Below, in pieces: positions 47,544-56,377 of a stretch of 64,000 nt of DNA. The position numbers and the translations under genes were made by a program. Source of the DNA: Candidatus Pacearchaeota archaeon (GTDB lineage: Archaea > Nanobdellota > Nanobdellia > Pacearchaeales > GW2011-AR1); contig JAGVXK010000018.1 of NCBI GenBank assembly GCA_018303825.1, positions 17,028 to 81,027 of the forward strand. Direction: 5' to 3'. The notes under the pieces were generated by a model. That model saw nothing but the letters and a program-made list of their open reading frames with translations, was not told where the DNA came from and ran no database searches. Positions within the stretch are counted from its first letter, which is position 1, and every line of letters begins with the position of its first letter.

Positions 47544-48266
47544 ATGGAACACGAAAAATATCATGCTGAAGAGCATGACGATATGAAAGGAGGAAAAAAG
47601 TCCAACACTGAGACTACAGTCCAGTATGTTATAATTGCGGTGCTTGTGATCTTACTTATTTACAGTGGAGTAAAGATATACGGAGCGGGCAGTTCTAGCA
47701 TATCAGGAAATGTCGCTATGGATTTAGGCACAGTTTCTGCTTTAGATGTATTGCCAAAGGGAACACCTGCTGTTTATGGAAAAGAGCTTGGAGTATCATA
47801 TAATGATGTCTCTGTAAGCAATCCGCAATTAGCAGATGCTACAATGCAAAAACTGGCAAAATATGAGGATATGCAATTAAATAGCGCGCAAATGGAGAGA
47901 TACATAAGAATTGGGAGCTCGATTGCATGTGAGTATTGTTGCGGTGCTCAAACACTTGTCTTTGAGAATGGAGAAAGAGCTTGTGGATGTGCTCATAGTT
48001 ATGCTATGAGAGGATTAGCAAAATATTTGCTAACTAAGCATCCCGATATAAGTGATATAGAAATCCTAAACGAACTAGGGAAATGGAAAGTTTTGTTCTT
48101 CCCAGGAGTTCACGAGCAAAAAGCTGAAGTTTTGAAAGCAAATGGAATTGACTACACAAATCAAACTGTAGGATATATCTATCTTGCCTCAAACATATAC
48201 CGGGGCGCAGAAAATCAGGCAACTGCAAGTTCAAGCGGAGGTAGTCAGATGGTTGGCGGATGCTAA
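47544..48266 (+). CDS. Single-pass Cys-motif protein ending MVGGC
   Basis: His/acidic N-tail, TM, CEYCCG..CGCAHS, Ser/Gly linker, QMVGGC*. Confidence 0.85.
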   Translation: MEHEKYHAEEHDDMKGGKKSNTETTVQYVIIAVLVILLIYSGVKIYGAGSSSISGNVAMDLGTVSALDVLPKGTPAVYGKELGVSYNDVSVSNPQLADATMQKLAKYEDMQLNSAQMERYIRIGSSIACEYCCGAQTLVFENGERACGCAHSYAMRGLAKYLLTKHPDISDIEILNELGKWKVLFFPGVHEQKAEVLKANGIDYTNQTVGYIYLASNIYRGAENQATASSSGGSQMVGGC

Positions 48267-48326
48267 TAGGGGCTTTTATTTTTTTATTTTTCCCTTAGCA
48301 TACAATTAAATAAAACAAGAGAAAAA

Positions 48327-48575
48327 ATGGATTGCTGTAATACAAAACAAAACACAAAGAAAGAAAACAGAGAAGAAAACATGAAAGGAGGTAGGGACAT
48401 GACAAAGATTAACAAAAATGTTCTGCTGTGGATTATAATTGGAGCACTAGTGATAGCCACAATATTCCTGACATTTAAAGCTTCATCGATAGGTACAAGT
48501 TCCGCACAAGCGACAGCGTCAGCTGCCAGAACCGTAGCATCAACTGCATCTAGTGGAATGGTCGGAGGTTGCTAA
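48327..48575 (+). CDS. Small single-pass protein ending MVGGC
   Basis: MDCC start at 48327, or ATG 48399 after a GGAGGT RBS; TM; Ser/Ala/Thr linker; SGMVGGC*. Confidence 0.82.
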   Translation: MDCCNTKQNTKKENREENMKGGRDMTKINKNVLLWIIIGALVIATIFLTFKASSIGTSSAQATASAARTVASTASSGMVGGC

Positions 48576-48582
48576 AATTAAT

Positions 48583-48834
48583 ATGGAAATAAGAAAAAGC
48601 ACATTATTATGGATTGCAATCGGAGTATTGTTTTTAGCAGTGCTTTTTTTGATGTATAAAGCATCAACTATCTCTGGAAACGCAGTTTCTAGTTCTGGAA
48701 AGCTAGATACAAGTAGTTGGTCAGAAAATGAAAAGATGAATTATGAGATGCATGGAACAATTCCTGCAAGACTGCAAGGAAAAGTAGCATCATCTAGTGC
48801 ATCAAGCGGAGCGGGAATGGTCGGAGGATGCTAA
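48583..48834 (+). CDS. Small single-pass protein ending MVGGC (paralogue of the previous gene)
   Basis: LLWIAIGVLF..YKAS; NEKMNYEMHGTIP; AGMVGGC*. Confidence 0.82.
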   Translation: MEIRKSTLLWIAIGVLFLAVLFLMYKASTISGNAVSSSGKLDTSSWSENEKMNYEMHGTIPARLQGKVASSSASSGAGMVGGC

Positions 48835-48900
48835 CAAAATTTAAACTTTTTATTTTTATTTTTTAATTTAATATTGAGAATTAAACACAAAATGATAAAG

Positions 48901-49449
48901 ATGAACATACGAAATAAGCAAGATAAAAACTATAAATTATTTGGATTTTTAATTTTAATACTATTCGGGATAATCACAGTTATACCTGGTGTTATGGCTC
49001 ATTGCCCTCTTTGCACTGCAGCTACGGTCATTGGTGTAGGGGTAACAAGATCACTAGGATGGGATGATTCTATTGTAGGAGTATTTATAGGAGCAATGAT
49101 AGTCTCTTTAGCTTTATGGGTGAATAATCTGCTAAAAAAGAAAAATATTGGAGGAGGCAATGCCATTCTAAGAATAATTAGCATAGTATTGCTTACCATT
49201 GCTCTTACCTTTTTGAGCTTTTATTATGCAGGAATATTCGGTCCAGCTAACATTTATAGGATATTCGGTATGGAGAAGATTACTTTTGGTGCAATATCCG
49301 GAGGCGTCGTAAGCTTGGCTACTTTTTGGATTAGCAATGAAATAAAGAGAAAGAACAATGGAGATGTTTTGTTCAATTATCAGACTATGGCTATTACATT
49401 TAGTGCATTGATACTTAACGCTTTAATATTTTGGATGGTGTTCAGATGA
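48901..49449 (+). CDS. Multi-pass membrane protein with HCPLC motif
   Basis: MAHCPLCTAA followed by several TMs. Confidence 0.78.
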   Translation: MNIRNKQDKNYKLFGFLILILFGIITVIPGVMAHCPLCTAATVIGVGVTRSLGWDDSIVGVFIGAMIVSLALWVNNLLKKKNIGGGNAILRIISIVLLTIALTFLSFYYAGIFGPANIYRIFGMEKITFGAISGGVVSLATFWISNEIKRKNNGDVLFNYQTMAITFSALILNALIFWMVFR

Positions 49450-49943
49450 AAACTAAAAACTTCATTAAAATAATACTTAAGATAAAAGAAAAGAATGAAC
49501 TAGATTTATCAGCAGGAGAAGATTTAAGCATAGCCTTAATGAATCTTGTAAGCCTGGAAGAGCATTCTTTCTTTAGTTATGTCAAAACAAAAGATGAAAA
49601 GTTTCTTGAGATACTTGAAACATGCAGAGAATTAAGAAAAAGACTGCTTGCTAAATTAGTCAACAAAGATGAGAGCGAGACATGGTGCATGAGCAAGCAC
49701 TTACTTGCTTCCAGCATGAGGATGTATGAAATCGGGAACAGACTCTTACATGAAAATAATATTGAAGAAGCTAAAAAATTATATACGGATGCAGCAGAAC
49801 TATATGCTCTATTTTGGAAACTTAATTTTGATAAAAATATGAGCAAGAAAGATACAATAAAGAGTTATGTGAGCTATAAAGATAAAGAAAAGAAGAGTGT
49901 TTTCTCTGGAATTAAAAAACTGTTGGAGTGTTGTAAAGAATGA
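49446..49943 (+). CDS. Helical protein with EEH, WCMSKH and C-terminal ECCKE motifs
   Basis: LMNLVSLEEH; ETWCMSKHLL; LLECCKE*. Confidence 0.75.
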   Translation: MKTKNFIKIILKIKEKNELDLSAGEDLSIALMNLVSLEEHSFFSYVKTKDEKFLEILETCRELRKRLLAKLVNKDESETWCMSKHLLASSMRMYEIGNRLLHENNIEEAKKLYTDAAELYALFWKLNFDKNMSKKDTIKSYVSYKDKEKKSVFSGIKKLLECCKE

Positions 49944-50395
49944 AAGAACATCACTATAATTATTTGTGGGCTGGAATTATATTAATATCTATACTCGGAA
50001 CTTTCTTTCTAATTAAGATGACTTATGCCAATCCTCTCAATCTGCCAAATTATGCATTTACTAAACAGGCTATAAAGGAAGCTTATTCGTATGCAAAATT
50101 AAATGAAAGTGAACTTGACGGATTGCCTTGCAATTGCGGATGTATGATTGACGTAGCAGGTCATAGCGATGGATTACATTCAAGAGGATTGATAGATTGC
50201 TTTATGCAGGGAGATATAAACAATGGAGGCAAATGGGATAGTCATGCAAGTGAATGCGGATTATGTTATGAAGATGCGCTTTATGCAAAAAATCTGTATG
50301 AACAGGGAAAAGCCAAAGAAGATATTAAGCAAGCATTAGAAGCAAAATATGTGGCACAGACAATAAGCAACAACACAGTTTATGGGACAAAATAA
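49940..50395 (+). CDS. PCYCGC-motif-like membrane-anchored protein
   Basis: LPCNCGC..GH..H..LIDCF..HASECGLC. Confidence 0.82.
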   Translation: MKEHHYNYLWAGIILISILGTFFLIKMTYANPLNLPNYAFTKQAIKEAYSYAKLNESELDGLPCNCGCMIDVAGHSDGLHSRGLIDCFMQGDINNGGKWDSHASECGLCYEDALYAKNLYEQGKAKEDIKQALEAKYVAQTISNNTVYGTK

Positions 50396-50396
50396 A

Positions 50397-50597
50397 ATGA
50401 ATCATAAAGAAAAACACAATCATGGTATTGGGCATATGATAAAAATGGCTTTAGCCTGCATTATACCTTTCGCAATTATCCTTATACTCCTGCTTTTTGG
50501 CGTATCAAGTAAATGGACAACAATTTGGGCTATCGGACTCATGATATTTCTTCATGTCTTGATGATGAAAGATCATTTTAGAGGAGACCCAAAGTAA
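50397..50597 (+). CDS. Small His/Met-rich membrane protein (DUF2933-like)
   Basis: HNHGIGHMIKMALACIIP..FLHVLMMKDH. Confidence 0.68.
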   Translation: MNHKEKHNHGIGHMIKMALACIIPFAIILILLLFGVSSKWTTIWAIGLMIFLHVLMMKDHFRGDPK

Positions 50598-50600
50598 AAA

Positions 50601-51026
50601 ATGGAAATTAAGAAATCTATTGTGTATGGAATATTGTCTGGATTAGGAATACTTTTATTCTTCCTTGCTATTTTAACTACATTTAAAGGTTATGGAATTG
50701 CAGTATATGAATTCAAAAGATTATGGTATTGGCTTATCCCTTTGGCAATAGGTTTTGGAACTCAGATTGGCTTATATTTCTCAATAAAACACGATGCCAT
50801 TATGAAAGCAGGAGTTAAGGCATCTGGGACAGTTTCTGGAGGTTCTATGGTTGTTTGCTGTAGCCATTATCTATTAAGCATAATTCCTATAATTGGCGTA
50901 ACAGGGCTAACAGAGTTTTTAATGGCTTATCAAAAAGGATTTTTTGCCATAGGAATTACTTCAAGTATAGCTGGAATTCTCTTGATGTTAAATCATAAAA
51001 GAAAGATGAAAGGAGGATTATGCTAA
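50601..51026 (+). CDS. Multi-pass membrane protein with CCSH motif
   Basis: GTVSGGSMVVCCSHYL. Confidence 0.78.
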   Translation: MEIKKSIVYGILSGLGILLFFLAILTTFKGYGIAVYEFKRLWYWLIPLAIGFGTQIGLYFSIKHDAIMKAGVKASGTVSGGSMVVCCSHYLLSIIPIIGVTGLTEFLMAYQKGFFAIGITSSIAGILLMLNHKRKMKGGLC

Positions 51027-51317
51027 ATGGAAGAGAAAGAGACAATACATATCAATGGAAAAGTAATCGGCGTAATAGTTATTTTATTGCTTCTTGTATC
51101 AGGCACTTTTTGGATATTCATTCTTCAAAAACAAGCTCATACCTCGCCAAATACGGGCGGAAACAGCAATACTGGTTTGACAACTGCTCCAGCGGATGAT
51201 AAATATAGTAATTTACCTGAGAAATGCAGACCACCGGCAGGAACAGATATAACCCAATGGAAAGAACATTTAGGGCATCATGCGGAATTTCAAGAGTGTT
51301 TAAAATATTTCCCATAG
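51027..51317 (+). CDS. Single-pass protein with C..HLGHH..C motif
   Basis: LPEKCRPP..WKEHLGHHAEFQECL. Confidence 0.72.
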   Translation: MEEKETIHINGKVIGVIVILLLLVSGTFWIFILQKQAHTSPNTGGNSNTGLTTAPADDKYSNLPEKCRPPAGTDITQWKEHLGHHAEFQECLKYFP

Positions 51318-51326
51318 AAATTTAAA

Positions 51327-51548
51327 ATGCATAAACTAAAAATAAAAATAACTGGCTTGTATTGCGCAAGATGTGCTGAACAAATCTCTAAAATGATGTA
51401 TGAGAAATTCAAAATAAAAAGGATAAACTTAGAAATGCAAGACCATATAATGGTTATATCCTCAAATTCAAGTATATTGCGGGGCAGATTAAATAAAGAG
51501 ATAGAAAAGATGGGTTACGGCCCGATTAGCTTTTTGAAAGTTGACTGA
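51327..51548 (+). CDS. Heavy-metal-associated (HMA/CopZ-like) domain protein
   Basis: IKITGLYCARCAEQI..IEKMGY. Confidence 0.82.
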   Translation: MHKLKIKITGLYCARCAEQISKMMYEKFKIKRINLEMQDHIMVISSNSSILRGRLNKEIEKMGYGPISFLKVD

Positions 51549-51777
51549 AAAAATTTCTATAAAAGAGTATTTTAGTGCCTTTAAAGAGTTAGTGATTAGC
51601 CCATTTATCAGTCAGTGTGAATATTGCAAAAAGAGATTAAAAAAGGCCAATGTATAGAAAGAGTTGTTTTAGTTTACTGGGCAAGAGTAAACAGAAAAAA
51701 ATACTTTTGTAATTTAAAGCATGCAGATTTATACGAAAAAAGTAAGGGCTTATTGGGGTACAGATAAACCAGCCGGA

Positions 51778-51861
51778 TGCGGGGACTAGGATTCGAACCT
51801 AGGAAGGCACTAAGCCATCAGGTCCTAAGCCTGACCCGTTAGACCGCTCCGGCATCCCCGC
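51778..51861 (-). tRNA. tRNA-Leu(TAG)
   Basis: GCGGGGA/TCCCCGC; TCAGG-CTTAGGA-CCTGA; long variable arm. Confidence 0.95.
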
Positions 51862-51970
51862 ACACATATGCGGGGTTTAGATGTTATAAAAAGCTTTTCT
51901 TTATCAACGAGCTGTAAAGTTAACGACACCCATTAGATAGATTTTTATAGGCAGAAAGAAGGAATTTGAG

Positions 51971-52540
51971 ATGGCTAAAGGCAATAATCAAGATAGTGTT
52001 GTTTCTGATGAAGAGAATGAAAGAATAGCAGAATTAATTAGATATTCTGAGAATCTTGGATGTTATTTTGAAAAAAATTCTTTAGATTACGACACTATTA
52101 ATTTTCTTGCTGTTGGAAAGGTAATTGCCTGCTTAAATCAATATCGGGGAAGAAATGGTGCGGATATTAGGACTATGCTACGCACAGCGGTATATAGGGG
52201 ATTTATTGATGTTCATAGAAGAAGAAGTAGGGAAGTGAGCCTTGATGAAGTTGATTCTGATGGAAGAAAAAAATTTGATTTTGACGAGGAATCTCGTTTA
52301 GATCAAAGAAGGGATTCATATCAGAGAGATTTTCTTTTAGAAAATGTGATAAGGGAAGCGATGTCAAAATTACCTCAAAGGCATAGAACTATCTTAGAAT
52401 TAAGATTTTATCAGGGAATGACTTATTCTGAAATTGCCAGACTATTAGGTAGGAAGCAGTCAACTATAGGAACAAATATCTATTATGGTATAAAAAATCT
52501 TAAGAGGATATTAGCTGGTAAAATTGATTTTAGAAGTTAA
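51971..52540 (+). CDS. Sigma-70 (ECF-like) family protein with region 2- and region 4-like segments
   Basis: TMLRTAVYRGFIDVHRRRSRE (region 2-like); AMSKLPQRHRTILELRFYQGMTYSEIARLLGRKQSTIGTNIYYGIKNL (region 4). Confidence 0.82.
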   Translation: MAKGNNQDSVVSDEENERIAELIRYSENLGCYFEKNSLDYDTINFLAVGKVIACLNQYRGRNGADIRTMLRTAVYRGFIDVHRRRSREVSLDEVDSDGRKKFDFDEESRLDQRRDSYQRDFLLENVIREAMSKLPQRHRTILELRFYQGMTYSEIARLLGRKQSTIGTNIYYGIKNLKRILAGKIDFRS

Positions 52541-53476
52541 TTATTTCTTGGCAGATGCCTTCTCTGTGGCTGCAACTTTTGCCTTTAATTTATCCTCAAA
52601 GCCAAGCCTGTCTATAAGTTCTTTGTATCTATTTCTGATTGTGACTTCTGTTATGCCTGCTACGTCTGCTACTTCTCTCTGTGTTTTCTTTTCATCATTC
52701 ATCAATGCTGCTACATATAATGCGGCTGCTGCAATGCCCGCCGGACCTCTTCCTGATGTCAACTCTGAGATATCTGCTTTCTTTAGAATCTTAAGAGCTT
52801 CATTCTGTGTTTTTGGAGAAAGGTGAAGGATAGATGAAAATCTTGAAATATAATCTTTTGGACTTGAAGGAGTTACTTTTATTTTCAATTTTCTTACGAT
52901 AAATCTATATGTTCTTCCAATTTCTTTTCTTTCAACATCTGAGGCATTTGCAATCTCATCTAAGGTTCTTGGAATGTTGTATGACCTACATGCTGCGTAA
53001 ATACATGCTGCGATGACTGATTCCATTGATCTTCCACGAACAAGACCTCTTTGTAAGACATAATTGTAAACTCTTGAAGCTTCATCCCTTACAACTGATG
53101 GAAGATTTAAAAATGATGCAACTCTTCTAAGCTCAGCCATTGCCAACCTGAGATTTCTTTCAATTGAAGTGGAGACTCTTTCCTGCCACTTTTTCAATCT
53201 TAAGAACTTACGGGTTTGCCCTGCTTCTAATTTATATATATCTGAAATCTCCCCGACGTTTGTTGTTAGTCCTTTATCGAACTTTTGCATGGACATTGGC
53301 GCTCCTGAACGTCCTCTTTTGTCAGATTTATCAAATTGACCTCCAGCATCCTGTCCAGAGTCAACCATTTTTTCTTCGACGATAAGACCGCATTCGTTAC
53401 AGATAACTTCTCCCCTTTGTTCATCATAAGTTAAGTCAACAGAGCCACATTCGGGACAGCGTTTTACGTATACCAT
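52541..53476 (-). CDS. tfb: Transcription initiation factor IIB
   Basis: CPECGS..GEVICNECG Zn ribbon; two cyclin repeats; GITEVTIRNRYKE. Confidence 0.97.
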   Translation of the reverse strand: MVYVKRCPECGSVDLTYDEQRGEVICNECGLIVEEKMVDSGQDAGGQFDKSDKRGRSGAPMSMQKFDKGLTTNVGEISDIYKLEAGQTRKFLRLKKWQERVSTSIERNLRLAMAELRRVASFLNLPSVVRDEASRVYNYVLQRGLVRGRSMESVIAACIYAACRSYNIPRTLDEIANASDVERKEIGRTYRFIVRKLKIKVTPSSPKDYISRFSSILHLSPKTQNEALKILKKADISELTSGRGPAGIAAAALYVAALMNDEKKTQREVADVAGITEVTIRNRYKELIDRLGFEDKLKAKVAATEKASAKK

Positions 53477-53566
53477 TTTATTTTGAAGTAGTTTTTGGGG
53501 AAAGATTTATAAAGGTTTCCCAAGAAGAGTATATAAACCTTTCTATTTGATTTTTTTGTCGACGAG

Positions 53567-53584
53567 TAAGAACCGAGGTTCTTA
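53567..53584. promoter_or_regulatory. Palindrome TAAGAACC-GA-GGTTCTTA upstream of tfb
   Basis: 8-2-8 perfect inverted repeat; same TAAGA/TCTTA arms as at 9920 and 63043. Confidence 0.4.
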
Positions 53585-53639
53585 TTAATTCCTATAAACT
53601 CCTATAAATAAATGAATTCCTACGAAATATAAAGAGGTA

Positions 53640-53993
53640 TTAAATTAAAGAGGCATTAACTTGGCCTTCTTGTGTCGGTCTGTTTGTTATTCTTGCTTTT
53701 CCTAAGCTTGTATCAATTATGGCCCCCTTTAACAGTCTATTTTGTCTGGCCAAGAATCTGTTCTGCGGGGTTTCAACAACGTTGACTATATCTGCTCTTT
53801 GCATCTTGCCAGCTTTTGTCAGGACGTTTGCTTTATTCGACCTTAGAAGGATTGTTTTTGAATTCCCCCCTTTGACACGAAGAGCTTTTGTCTTGGTTTC
53901 ACCTAAGACTGTGAAATTTTCCTTGTTTCTATTTTCGAATAATTTTCTTTTTCTTAATTTGTGGTATTTTCCACCAGTAATCTTTCTACCCAT
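53640..53993 (-). CDS. rps8e: 30S ribosomal protein S8e
   Basis: GRKITGGKY..RVKGGN..LKGAIIDTSLGKARITNRPTQEGQVNA. Confidence 0.95.
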   Translation of the reverse strand: MGRKITGGKYHKLRKRKLFENRNKENFTVLGETKTKALRVKGGNSKTILLRSNKANVLTKAGKMQRADIVNVVETPQNRFLARQNRLLKGAIIDTSLGKARITNRPTQEGQVNASLI

Positions 53994-54372
53994 TCTCATA
54001 ATTATGTTTGAAAAAGGTGCTTTATAAATCTTATTGGAAATTTGGAAAGCCATCAAGGTTGGCAGGCTTATGGAAAATTGGCAAATTCGTTTAGTCTTAT
54101 AAAGAGAATATTAAAAGAGATTCATAAAGTCAAAGAAGAAAGATTAAAGCAAATTGCTATTTTTAAGCTCAATTAGGAAGATTTAAGTTCCGTAGACGCA
54201 ACAATAATATGGAAATAAGATTTACATTGTGTATCATGATAACATTTAAATGAGCCTTTAGAAAAGCCTCGGGAAAGGTAGGTTGTTACACAAAAGTCAA
54301 ATATAGCTCTTAGGAAGACTTCGGAGAAGATTAGGTTGCTATCGCAATGTTTAAATAGCAAAAATCAAAGAG

Positions 54373-54621
54373 ATGAGTATGGCGAACACGATTGAAAGAC
54401 CTTTAGACCTTTTGAATATGTCAAAGGGAAAAGAAGTCTTAGTGCAGGTAAAGAGTGACAGGCAGTTTGTCGGGACTCTTAAGGCATTTGACATCCACAT
54501 AAACGTGGTGTTGGATAATGCCAAAGAGCTAGAGAATGGAGAGGTGAAGAAGAGCATTGGTCTGACCTTTTTGAGAGGAGATACAATTATCTTTATATCT
54601 CCTGCTTCGACATCCAAGTGA
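54373..54621 (+). CDS. Sm-like (Lsm) protein
   Basis: ERPLDLL..GTLKAFDIHINVVL..LRGDTIIFISP. Confidence 0.93.
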   Translation: MSMANTIERPLDLLNMSKGKEVLVQVKSDRQFVGTLKAFDIHINVVLDNAKELENGEVKKSIGLTFLRGDTIIFISPASTSK

Positions 54622-54906
54622 TTCTTGGCCTTTTGCATTTTTTAATTTAGGCATTCAGAAAAAATTAAACTTGCTTGGAAGTATGTTATTTTTTATATAA
54701 ATATTTTAAAGCTATTAGGACTGGTTTATCTAATGAAGCAGGTCCAAGCCTATTTTTATGAATTATGCAGAAAGTTTGATTTTGGAGATGAAGGGGCAAA
54801 GAGGATTAAGGTTCGCGAGCAAATTCCTTTGAAAGGTATTTGCACTTCTCTTAATGGTCTGCTTGTTTCTTTGCATGATGACTAATATAGTGTTTTTAGG
54901 CAAACG

Positions 54907-55215
54907 ATGTATTCTGACGAATTTCATACAGCTTTATATATTTGGAACAATTTTTTTAAAAATACTTTAAAGTTAAATGATTTTCCAAAGGACCTGATAA
55001 ATTCATTAAGGAGAATTATTGATGTTGACCGAGGATTTTCTGCAAGAGATATTGTTCTCGGGGGCATTGGTGTTGGTCCAGTTCTTGATGATCGCAGAGT
55101 TCTTTCGATTAGAGAATTTAATGATGTTTCTGAAAAGCTAAGGATAAAATATCCGGAGCTGTTTGCAGAGACTGAATTTCATAGAGTTCTTCATTATAGA
55201 GGTAGAAAAGAATAA
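54907..55215 (+). CDS. Hypothetical protein
   Basis: 102-aa ORF whose stop abuts the rnz stop. Confidence 0.5.
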   Translation: MYSDEFHTALYIWNNFFKNTLKLNDFPKDLINSLRRIIDVDRGFSARDIVLGGIGVGPVLDDRRVLSIREFNDVSEKLRIKYPELFAETEFHRVLHYRGRKE

Positions 55216-56118
55216 TTATATTTCAACAACATCAAGGTCGTTTGGGACTTTGGTATTCTTGAAAACTTTTTTTGCTTGTTTTTCTATCAATTGTTGATTG
55301 TGCTCATATCTTTGCGATAAATGGACTAAGTAAAGGGCTTTTGCCTTTGCCTTCTTTGCTATATTTGCTGCCTGCTTTGATGTGAGATGGTTGTACTCAT
55401 AGGCTTCTTTTTCTAATTCGGAGGCATGCGAAGCTTCTACAATGACAATGTCAGAATCTTTAGCTAATTCAGAGGCTTTGTTGTTCATTTTTGTATCTAA
55501 GATAATAGTAATCTTTCTTCCTTTCTGTTTGTAAATCACAGATTTTGCTTTTATTGTCTTTCCATTTAATTTTATATCCTTGCCATGCTGGAGATCTTTC
55601 ATTAATGGACTATTTGGAACCTTGAATTTTTTTAATTTCTTTTTATCAAGCCGAATTTTTTCCTTTTCAATGAATGAATATGCCAAGCAGTGAGTGCCGT
55701 GAGCCATTTCCTCTGCTTGAATTGTAAAATCTTCATTCTCAAATACTTTTCCAGGAGAAACTTCATGAATTTTTATATCAATTTTGCCCCAGAAGACGAA
55801 GGTTTCAAACATCTTTGACATAAAATGCTCTGTTCCTCTTGGGCCATATATGTGAAAGGTTTTTTGATAGTTATTTAATGCCATGGTTTGCAATAATCCT
55901 GGAATTCCAAGGATGTGGTCTCCATGCCAATGTGTAATAAAGAGCCTTGTCAGTTTCGTTGTACTTATTTCTTTATATCTGAATTGTCTTTGAGTGCCTT
56001 CCCCGCAGTCGAACAAGAGATTTTCATTTTTATAATTAAGCAAAAAGGCTGAATGGTTGCGCCTTTTTGTTGGAATTGCACTTCCTGTTCCTAGAAATGT
56101 TAATGTTATCGGTTCCAT
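55216..56118 (-). CDS. rnz: Ribonuclease Z
   Basis: LGTGSAIP, DCGEGTQ, THWHGDH, H245-type NHLT, VHLSQRY. Confidence 0.96.
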   Translation of the reverse strand: MEPITLTFLGTGSAIPTKRRNHSAFLLNYKNENLLFDCGEGTQRQFRYKEISTTKLTRLFITHWHGDHILGIPGLLQTMALNNYQKTFHIYGPRGTEHFMSKMFETFVFWGKIDIKIHEVSPGKVFENEDFTIQAEEMAHGTHCLAYSFIEKEKIRLDKKKLKKFKVPNSPLMKDLQHGKDIKLNGKTIKAKSVIYKQKGRKITIILDTKMNNKASELAKDSDIVIVEASHASELEKEAYEYNHLTSKQAANIAKKAKAKALYLVHLSQRYEHNQQLIEKQAKKVFKNTKVPNDLDVVEI

Positions 56119-56290
56119 AAAGTGATTAGATAAGAGGTATTTAATAAGCTTTTGAATTGGTTATTAATGAATAATAAATTATCATTTTCCTTATAGATTA
56201 AAGTTTTTTATGTTAATATTGTTTAGGAAAGTGTTTAAATAGCTTATTGGATAGTTAGTTTTATAAGGCAATTTTTTGTTTTATATTTGT

Positions 56291-56365
56291 GCACCCGTAG
56301 CTCAGCCTGGATAGAGCAAATGGTTTCTAACCATTAGGTCGCACGTTCAAATCGTGTCGGGTGCG
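56291..56365 (+). tRNA. tRNA-Arg(TCT)
   Basis: GCACCCG/CGGGTGC; AATGG-TTTCTAA-CCATT. Confidence 0.94.
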
Positions 56366-56377
56366 CTTTAAGAAAAA

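Larger units (their letters stand above)
45230..51788. mobile_element. Genomic island integrated at the tRNA-Leu(TAG) 3' end; no integrase seen
   Basis: 13-bp direct repeat GATGCGGGGACTA at 45230-45242 and 51776-51788, the latter being the tRNA 3' end. Confidence 0.75.

Noticed and set aside
47583-51020. Recurrent MKGG peptide in island proteins
   Set aside because: In two of three cases it is the translation of an AAAGGAGG ribosome-binding site for the next start codon.
54060-54372. SRP RNA between rps8e and the Sm gene
   Set aside because: The region is AT-rich and I found no helix 8 motif (CCAGG..GNRA..AGCAG); only the dispersed repeat copies are present.
54733-54885. 50-codon ORF downstream of the Sm gene
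   Set aside because: No motif, RBS or coupling evidence; it is not rpl37e, which often lies here.
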